This document shows positions 57,966-64,000 of a DNA stretch of 64,000 nt, in pieces. The stretch is from positions 3,559,249-3,623,248 of the forward strand of contig CP121336.1 in assembly GCA_043553855.1 (NCBI GenBank), read 5' to 3'. Source of the DNA: Paracoccaceae bacterium (GTDB lineage Bacteria > Pseudomonadota > Alphaproteobacteria > Rhodobacterales > Rhodobacteraceae). The notes beneath the pieces are model-generated. The model was not told the origin of the DNA. It saw only the letters and a list, made by a program, of their open reading frames with translations, and did no database searches. Both the position numbers and the translations under genes were made by a program. Numbering within the stretch: position 1 is the stretch's first letter; every line of letters begins with the position of its first letter.

Positions 57966-58055
57966 CGACGCGCGAAGCGCGGCGCAAAACTTAGAACTCC
58001 GACGCGCGAAGCGCGGCGCAAAACTTAGAACTCCGACGCGCGAAGCGCGGCGCAA
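57966..58055 (+). repeat. 34-bp tandem repeat, about 2.65 copies
   Basis: Unit CGACGCGCGAAGCGCGGCGCAAAACTTAGAACTC at 57966-57999 and 58000-58033, with a partial third copy to 58055. Each unit contains a CGCGCG-AA-GCGCG(G) hairpin. Confidence 0.9.
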
Positions 58056-58080
58056 GAAATAGGAATGCGCCGCAGGCGCT

Positions 58081-58284
58081 CTATTTTTTCATAGAGCAAG
58101 TATTGATTCCCAGTAGTGCGTAGGGCGGGCACGACCCCATCAGACCCGTCGCAAGGGGAACGATGCCCAGCAGATAAAGCCAGCTGTAGCTGCCGCCGGA
58201 ATTGAGGAAAAAGCCCGCGATCAGGGCGAGGCCAACAATGATGCGGATGGCGCGGTCGATTGTGCCGACGTTCTTCTTGAGCAT
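58081..58284 (-). CDS. DUF2892 (YgaP-like) small membrane protein
   Basis: MLKKNVGTIDRAIRIIVGLALI..GIVPLATGLMGSCPPYALLGINTC is a typical DUF2892 sequence. Confidence 0.7.
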   Translation of the reverse strand: MLKKNVGTIDRAIRIIVGLALIAGFFLNSGGSYSWLYLLGIVPLATGLMGSCPPYALLGINTCSMKK

Positions 58285-58475
58285 GATCTGATCCTTTCTG
58301 GATGTTGCGCAGTCTCGCGTCCTTCATATCGCCTTTGGTTGGGCGCGTCGGTGATCTGGTCACATTCAAAACATGTTTTGCGCAAGGCATGGTGAATAGG
58401 GCCGCAATTCACCGCCCCGCGGGCTGGTGATGCGAAGGGCCGGTGCGGATGCAGATGCCTGACGCACCCCGGACA

Positions 58476-59132
58476 CTAATCCTGTGTGGATGCGATTTCG
58501 CGCAGGCCCGGCAGATCGCAAAGCTGAACATGGCCACGCCGTGCCTCAAGAAGCCCGCGCCGGGCGAGGCCGTCGAGCCTTCGGCTCACCACTTCGCGCG
58601 CGGATCCGATGGCCACGGCCAGTTCTGCCTGCGTGGCAATGACCGATCCGTCAGGGGACGCCGTGTCCAGAAGGTATTGCGCAAGCCGCGCTTCGACCTT
58701 TTGGAAAGCCAGTTTTTCAAGGACATGCATCATTGTCTGCATCCGCCGCGCAAAGGCGGAAAATACAAAGGACCGGAAGCCTGCCGCGCTGTCCATCAGC
58801 GACAGGAACATCGTCCGCGGTATCATCACGACACGACAGTCTTCGTGACTGATCGCTTCACCTGCGTAATCCTCGTCCCCCAGAAGCCCAAGCGTGGTCT
58901 GGATGCAGCTTTGACCCGGCCGCACGGAATAGAGCAGGATTTCCCGTCCGTTCCGCCCTGTCAGGAACACGTCAACGCGCCCGGATAGAACGATGACAAA
59001 GCCTTGGGCCGGGTCGCCGGGGCGGAACATGACGGTGCCGGCGGGGATCGTCGCCGGGGTCAGGGTGTCCAGCGTGGCGCGGGTCCGGCTGTCCAGCGTG
59101 TCCAACCCGATTGCGCCCGCTGTCCATGTCAT
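58476..59132 (-). CDS. Crp/Fnr-family transcriptional regulator
   Basis: cNMP-binding-like beta-barrel plus a C-terminal HTH (..TQAELAVAIGSAREVVSRRL..). The ATG overlaps the mmsB stop (ATGA at 59129-59132). Confidence 0.85.
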   Translation of the reverse strand: MTWTAGAIGLDTLDSRTRATLDTLTPATIPAGTVMFRPGDPAQGFVIVLSGRVDVFLTGRNGREILLYSVRPGQSCIQTTLGLLGDEDYAGEAISHEDCRVVMIPRTMFLSLMDSAAGFRSFVFSAFARRMQTMMHVLEKLAFQKVEARLAQYLLDTASPDGSVIATQAELAVAIGSAREVVSRRLDGLARRGLLEARRGHVQLCDLPGLREIASTQD

Positions 59133-60007
59133 TCCGCGTTGCGTCCGCGCTTTTCAAAACGGGGCAGCATTGCCGAGAAATCGCGCCCCTTGCCGTCTTC
59201 TTCTTCGACAAACCGGGCATAAAGCGCCTGTGCCATAGCCCCCATCGGCGTATCGGCGTCGGCGCTTTCTGCCGCTTGCTGGCTGAGTCGCAAATCCTTG
59301 AGCATCAGGTCGGCCGCAAAGCCGGGCACATATCCGTTGTCGGCGGGCGATGTCGGTCCAACACCGGGTGCCGGGCAATAAGCGTTCATCGTCCAGCTAT
59401 AGCCCGACGAGGTGGACACCACATCGAACATCTTCTGGCGGTCAAGGCCCAGCTTGTCGGCCAGTGCAAAGGCCTCGCAGGTGGCGATCATGGTAACGCC
59501 GAGGATCATGTTGTTGCAGATTTTCGCGGATTGCCCGGCCCCTGCGTCGCCACAGTGCACGGCTTTCTGGCCCATGATTTCGAACAGTGGTGCCGCCTTG
59601 GCAAAGGCGTCTTCGCTGCCACCTGCCATAAAGGTCAGCGTGCCACCGGCTGCGCCGCCGACGCCGCCCGATACCGGCGCGTCCACCGCGCCCAGCCCGG
59701 CGGCTTCGGCTTGTGACGCCACGGCGCGGGCGCTGTCCACGTCCACGGTCGAGCAATCAATCAAGACCGCGCCGGGCGACATCGCCGGAATGATTTCTTC
59801 TGCGACGCTGCGCAGAATCGCACCATTGGGCAGCATCGTGATCACCGCGTCTTTCCCTGTTGCCGCGGCGGCGGCGGATGCGGCCTCCGACACCCCCTCC
59901 GGCGGGGTGTTGGCCACGTCGAAACCTGTGACTTCGTGCCCGGCCTTGACAAGGTTGACGGCCATCGGCGCGCCCATGTTTCCCAGTCCGATGAATCCGA
60001 TCTTCAT
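59129..60007 (-). CDS. mmsB: 3-hydroxyisobutyrate dehydrogenase
   Basis: MKIGFIGLGNMGAPMA Rossmann motif and a 6-PGDH-like C-terminus. Sits in valine-catabolism gene context. Confidence 0.85.
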   Translation of the reverse strand: MKIGFIGLGNMGAPMAVNLVKAGHEVTGFDVANTPPEGVSEAASAAAAATGKDAVITMLPNGAILRSVAEEIIPAMSPGAVLIDCSTVDVDSARAVASQAEAAGLGAVDAPVSGGVGGAAGGTLTFMAGGSEDAFAKAAPLFEIMGQKAVHCGDAGAGQSAKICNNMILGVTMIATCEAFALADKLGLDRQKMFDVVSTSSGYSWTMNAYCPAPGVGPTSPADNGYVPGFAADLMLKDLRLSQQAAESADADTPMGAMAQALYARFVEEEDGKGRDFSAMLPRFEKRGRNAE

Positions 60008-61059
60008 GGTGCTTTTCCTTCCAGTTTCAGTGCGTTTTCCCCAAGCGGGCGCAGCATTTCGGCCACGGCGGCCACGGGCACCGTGCTGCCCGCATATTGC
60101 CACTTGGGATTGCGGTCCTTGTCAATGATCTGGGCGCGGATACCTTCCAGAAAATCGCCCTTTTCCATGGCGCGCGAGGTGCAGCGGTACTCCAGGTCGA
60201 GCGCCTTTTCGATGCTCAGGGCGGGGCCGCGCAGGCGGTGAACCATCTCAACCGCGCAGGCCATGGCCAGCGGTGCGTTCCGTCCGATCGCCTTGAGACT
60301 GGTTTGCGCAAGGTCACTGTCATCAGCGGTCAGGTCGGTGATAATGTCTTCCAGTGCCTCTCCGGTGAACAACCGGTCGATATCCGGTTGCTGGGCTGCC
60401 AGCGTCCCGCCCGGTGCGGCTGTTATCGCGGCTTCCAGCCCGGCGACGGATCCGGTTTCTTCCAGATTGGCAATCAGGGCAGGCCATTGTTCCTCGGGCA
60501 CAAAGTGATCGGCAAAGCCTGCGTGGATCGCATCTGCGGCCCCCATGCGGGTGCCGGTGATCCCGAGATATTCGCCCAGCCGTCCCGGTGCCAGCGCCAG
60601 CATCAGCGAACCGCCAACATCGGGAACAAGGCCGATGCCGCATTCGGGCATGGCGATCTGGCTGCTTTCTCCGACGATACGGTGCGATCCGTGACAGCCT
60701 ACGCCGACGCCGCCGCCCATGGTGAAGCCCTGAAGAAAGCTGACAACCGGTTTGCGATAGGCAAAGATTTTTGCATTCAGGCGGTATTCATCCGCCCAGA
60801 ACCGCTGCCCATAAGCGAAATCCCCGGCGCGCCCGGTTTCATAGAGCTTGGCAATGTCGCCGCCCGCACAAAAGGCGCGGTCGCCCTCGGCGTCGATTAC
60901 GATGACCGATACCGCGTCATCGTCGCACCATTCATCAAGTGCGGCCTCGATGGACAGACACATGTCATAGGTAAGGGCGTTCAACGCCTTGGGCCGGTTC
61001 AGCGTGATCCGCCCTGCGCCGCCTGACACGCGAATGATGACGTCTGCCGTGTCTGTCAT
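60004..61059 (-). CDS. Enoyl-CoA hydratase/isomerase family, 3-hydroxyisobutyryl-CoA hydrolase-like
   Basis: Crotonase fold (..FCAGGDI..GFTMGGGVG..) with the long C-terminal extension typical of HIBYL-CoA hydrolases. 4-nt overlaps on both sides. Confidence 0.8.
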   Translation of the reverse strand: MTDTADVIIRVSGGAGRITLNRPKALNALTYDMCLSIEAALDEWCDDDAVSVIVIDAEGDRAFCAGGDIAKLYETGRAGDFAYGQRFWADEYRLNAKIFAYRKPVVSFLQGFTMGGGVGVGCHGSHRIVGESSQIAMPECGIGLVPDVGGSLMLALAPGRLGEYLGITGTRMGAADAIHAGFADHFVPEEQWPALIANLEETGSVAGLEAAITAAPGGTLAAQQPDIDRLFTGEALEDIITDLTADDSDLAQTSLKAIGRNAPLAMACAVEMVHRLRGPALSIEKALDLEYRCTSRAMEKGDFLEGIRAQIIDKDRNPKWQYAGSTVPVAAVAEMLRPLGENALKLEGKAP

Positions 61060-62198
61060 CGGCTTGCCAGCATGTTGCGCGCCACGATCAGACGCATGAT
61101 TTCATTGGTGCCTTCCAGGATCTGGTGCACCCGCAGATCGCGTACCAGCTTTTCGATACCGTAATCGGCCAGATAGCCATACCCGCCGTGCAATTGCAGG
61201 CACTGATCAACGACGTTCGATCCGGTTTCGGTTACGAATTTCTTGGCCATTGCGCAGAATTTTGTCGCATCCGGTGCGCCGGTGTCCAGTTTCCACGCCG
61301 CCTGTCGCAAGAAGGTGCGCGCCGCCTGCATTTCGATTTCCATATCGGCAAGACGGAACTGAAGACCCTGAAATTGGTCGATGGTTTTTCCGAACGCCTT
61401 GCGTTCCCCCATATAGGCCAGCGTCATGTCCATCGCGGTTTGTGCGGCACCCAGCGAACAGGCCGAGATGTTCAGGCGTCCGCCATCCAGCCCCATCATC
61501 GCGTATTTGAAGCCCATGCCTTCCTGACCGATCAGGTTGTCGGCGCTGACGCGGCAATCGTCGAACTGGACCTGTGCCGTGGGTTGGCTGCGCCAGCCCA
61601 TCTTGTCCTCAAGCCCGCCAAAGCTGAGCCCTTCTGTCCCGTCCTCGACATAAAGAGTGGACACGCCACCCGCACCGTCTTCGCCGGTGCGCGCCATGAC
61701 CACGTAGGCGTCGGAGTATCCACCGCCCGAAATGAACGCCTTAGTGCCGTTCATGACATAGCCTTCATTGCTGCGCTCGGCACGGGTGCGCAGGGCTGCG
61801 GCGTCTGATCCCGAACCCGGTTCGGTCAGGCAATAGGACAGAACGGTCTTCATCGACATCACGTCCGGCAGCACGCGAGCCTTGAATTCATCGCTGCCAA
61901 AGGCGTCGATCATCTTGGCGCACATGTTGTGGATCGACAAAAAGGCCGCCACCGACGGACACGCCATCGACAGGGCCTCAAAGACCAGAGTGGCGTCGAG
62001 GCGGCTCAGCCCCGATCCCCCGGATTCTTCGGACACATACAGCGATCCAAAGCCAAGTTCGGCGATCTGGGGCCACAATTCCTTGGGGATGGTGCCTGCG
62101 GCTTCCCAGTCACGGGCGTGGGGCGCGATATGTTCCTGGCCAAAGGCATGGGCCATATCAAAAATTGCGGTTTGTTCCTCGCTCAGCGCAAAGTCCAT
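61056..62198 (-). CDS. Acyl-CoA dehydrogenase (isobutyryl-CoA dehydrogenase-like)
   Basis: ..LTEPGSGSDAA..QLHGGYGY..EGTNEI.. motifs. ATG 62198 (MDFALSEEQ). Confidence 0.85.
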   Translation of the reverse strand: MDFALSEEQTAIFDMAHAFGQEHIAPHARDWEAAGTIPKELWPQIAELGFGSLYVSEESGGSGLSRLDATLVFEALSMACPSVAAFLSIHNMCAKMIDAFGSDEFKARVLPDVMSMKTVLSYCLTEPGSGSDAAALRTRAERSNEGYVMNGTKAFISGGGYSDAYVVMARTGEDGAGGVSTLYVEDGTEGLSFGGLEDKMGWRSQPTAQVQFDDCRVSADNLIGQEGMGFKYAMMGLDGGRLNISACSLGAAQTAMDMTLAYMGERKAFGKTIDQFQGLQFRLADMEIEMQAARTFLRQAAWKLDTGAPDATKFCAMAKKFVTETGSNVVDQCLQLHGGYGYLADYGIEKLVRDLRVHQILEGTNEIMRLIVARNMLASR

Positions 62199-62364
62199 CG
62201 GGGTCCTCCTCCCAAACTCCTGCGCGCGCAGCGCGCATAATCCGTATGCGTGCATGCTGCCCGCGGTAATTGAACGCTTGTTTATTTTGTATCCGCGCGC
62301 ACCGGTTCACGCAACCGGCAATGCTGCAAAGCCGGTTTGCACAAGGCAACAGATGGCAAATGGA

Positions 62365-62976
62365 TCAGAGCAACAGAACCTGTGTCCCGACATCGACCAT
62401 GGCAAACAGTTCTTCGATGTGCGGATTATAGAGGCCGATACAGCCCGAGGAGGACGGGCGCCCGATCTTGCGCGTGTCATGTGTGCCGTGGATCAGGTAG
62501 GCGGGCCAGGTCAGGTATAGCGCATGGGTGCCCAGCGGATTGCCCGGGCCTGCGGGCATGAACGCAGGCAGGGTCGGGTCGAGCTTGCGCATATTCTTGG
62601 TTGGCGTCCATGTGGGGCCGACCTTCTTGCGCACCACCTTGGTGCGGCCGCGCCGGGTCTTTTCGTCGGTCTCGGGCACCGAGGATGGAAACAGCCGGTA
62701 GGTTTCGCCATCCGGTCCCCAATAATGCACCGCGCGGCTGTCGATATCGGCAAGGATCGCGCCCTTTCCGAGACGGTCAAAGTGATCCTGCCAGCGGCGG
62801 CGGCGGAATGCCGATACGTTGCGCCGCACCGGAACGCGATCGCGGATTGCCGGTTCGTTCTGGGGAAATGCCTCGTTCCAAAGTTCCGGCGTTTCGGCAC
62901 GCACAATGGCCGGAGTCACCAGTGCAGCTCCCGAAAGGGACAGCATCATGCGCCGGGAAATCGGTTTATCGGTCAT
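62365..62976 (-). CDS. L,D-transpeptidase (YkuD domain) with Tat-like signal
   Basis: ISRRMMLSLSGAALV signal and the catalytic ..IHGTHDTRKIGRPSSSGCIGL.. motif. Confidence 0.8.
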   Translation of the reverse strand: MTDKPISRRMMLSLSGAALVTPAIVRAETPELWNEAFPQNEPAIRDRVPVRRNVSAFRRRRWQDHFDRLGKGAILADIDSRAVHYWGPDGETYRLFPSSVPETDEKTRRGRTKVVRKKVGPTWTPTKNMRKLDPTLPAFMPAGPGNPLGTHALYLTWPAYLIHGTHDTRKIGRPSSSGCIGLYNPHIEELFAMVDVGTQVLLL

Positions 62977-63131
62977 GGCGGGTCATCCTTCGATGCGTTC
63001 GATTTTCCTGTTTCATATCCGGTCTGGCGGGGTGCGCCCAGAGCGTGTGATTCACTTTTTTGTAATGCGCGGCAGGAAGGTGTCAGCCACGATGCGGCAA
63101 ATGGAGTCGAAACGATGGCGTGACAGCGGTG

Positions 63132-63165
63132 CAAAACAAAACCGCCCGCGCAAGGGCGCGGGCGG
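63132..63165 (-). terminator. Rho-independent terminator after mmsA
   Basis: CCGCCCGCGC-aagg-GCGCGGGCGG (63142-63165). On the minus strand it is followed by TTTTGTTTTG. Confidence 0.65.
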
Positions 63166-63188
63166 TCTGTTGTCTCGCTGCGGGCTGG

Positions 63189-64000
63189 TTATTCCATCAC
63201 GGGGATGGAAAACTCGCCGCCTTCCTTGATGCCCGAAGGCCAACGCGCGGTCACGGTCTTGGTGCGTGTATAGAACTTGAACGCGTCGGGGCCGTGCTGG
63301 TTCAGATCGCCGAACACCGATTTTTTCCAACCGCCAAAGGTGTGATAGGCCAGCGGCACAGGGATCGGCACGTTGATCCCGACCATGCCGATGTTGATCC
63401 GGTTCGCAAAATCGCGGGCCGCGTCACCGTCGCGGGTAAAGATCGCGGTGCCGTTTCCGTATTCGTGATCCATGGCAAGGCCGATGGCCTCTTCATAGCT
63501 TTTGGCGCGCACAGTCGACAGAACCGGGCCAAAGATTTCCTGCGTATAGATATCCATGTCCGGGGTGACGTTGTCGAACAGATGCGGACCGACAAAGAAC
63601 CCATCCTCATACCCCTGAAGGCTGAAGTTGCGGCCATCGACGACCAGCTTGGCACCCTGTTCGACACCGCTTTCCACCAGTCGCAGGATGTTCTGCTTGG
63701 CGGCGGCGGTAACCACCGGGCCGTAATCCACGTCATTCCCCGCAGTGTAGGGGCCGACTTTGAGCTTTTCGATACGCGGCACGAGCGCTTCGATCAGGCG
63801 GTCGGCGGTTTCGTCGCCCACTGGCACGGCCACGGAAATCGCCATGCAGCGTTCGCCCGCAGCCCCATAACCCGCACCGATCAGCGCGTCGGCGGCCTGA
63901 TTCATATCCGCATCGGGCATGATGATCATGTGGTTCTTGGCGCCGCCGAAACACTGCACGCGTTTGCCGTTGGCACAGCCCGTTGCATAGATGTATTCCG
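63189..64000 (-). CDS. mmsA: CoA-acylating methylmalonate-semialdehyde dehydrogenase (5' end outside window)
   Basis: C-terminal ALDH domain with ..EIFGPVL.. and the MMSDH-type tail ..GGWKKSVFGDLNQHGPDAFKFYT..ARW.. The frame stays open to the window edge. Confidence 0.9.
   Translation of the reverse strand, partial: EYIYATGCANGKRVQCFGGAKNHMIIMPDADMNQAADALIGAGYGAAGERCMAISVAVPVGDETADRLIEALVPRIEKLKVGPYTAGNDVDYGPVVTAAAKQNILRLVESGVEQGAKLVVDGRNFSLQGYEDGFFVGPHLFDNVTPDMDIYTQEIFGPVLSTVRAKSYEEAIGLAMDHEYGNGTAIFTRDGDAARDFANRINIGMVGINVPIPVPLAYHTFGGWKKSVFGDLNQHGPDAFKFYTRTKTVTARWPSGIKEGGEFSIPVME

Noticed and set aside
57966-58055. Possible CRISPR array
   Set aside because: There are only about 2.65 directly abutting 34-bp copies with no spacers between them, and no cas genes nearby. 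This is a tandem repeat, not a CRISPR.
58066-58088. Plus-strand terminator GCGCC-gca-GGCGC followed by TCTATTTTTT
   Set aside because: The stem is short, and the T-run is the antisense of the last codons (..MKK*) of the DUF2892 gene. It may act as a terminator for the patatin transcript, but the evidence is weak.

Overview
High-GC (about 60-65% by eye) alphaproteobacterial chromosome segment that looks Rhodobacterales-like. Supporting features: a PdhB carrying an N-terminal lipoyl domain, a split pdh/lpdA arrangement, and 'GCCTCCGGCGGG..TATTT..CCAGAAGAA' intergenic repeats. The window has three parts.

(1) 1-3463: polysaccharide/capsule genes. These are a sugar epimerase, then a translationally coupled KpsM-like permease, a KpsT-like ATPase with substituted catalytic residues, and a KpsE-like protein.

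(2) About 3.5-20.7 kb: a heavily IS-invaded accessory region.
- A frameshifted IS256-family element with a 10-bp direct repeat.
- IS66 and IS630 remnants.
- A truncated IS66 cut by an IS21 element.
- An IS3 element.
- A three-level nest: IS256 copy A is split by an IS66 (8-bp TSD), which is itself split by IS256 copy B (8-bp TSD).
- Embedded cargo: an HTH gene, an orphan ParD-type antitoxin, and a visibly AT-richer block at 18.2-20.4 kb. On the minus strand this block encodes an AlpA/excisionase-like HTH, a possible small coupled ORF, a 414-aa protein with a PLD/Nuc-like N-terminal fold lacking the HxK dyad plus a Lys/Glu-rich C-terminal half, and a downstream ORF split by IS256 copy A. This block is my best candidate for an undescribed (possibly defence or mobile-element) module, and it is partly inactivated.

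(3) 20.7-64 kb: ordinary housekeeping genes.
- A Tat-exported dioxygenase-like protein paired with a di-haem ferric-reductase-like membrane protein.
- Fe-ADH and a GS-like ligase; pdhABC; ftsB; pgk; two cyclophilins; a DUF3179 protein.
- A bactofilin + M23 peptidase pair; DUF455 + bcp; an AsmA/YhdP-like giant protein; queA; an MFS transporter; DUF924; lpdA; an acyltransferase-3.
- Indolepyruvate:ferredoxin oxidoreductase; ilvD; a methyltransferase + MFS pair; uvrA; a patatin-like protein.
- A Crp/Fnr regulator coupled to a valine-catabolism operon (mmsA...acdH-hydrolase-mmsB).

I could find no rRNA, tRNA or CRISPR array. All product calls come from reading the translations; no database search was run.
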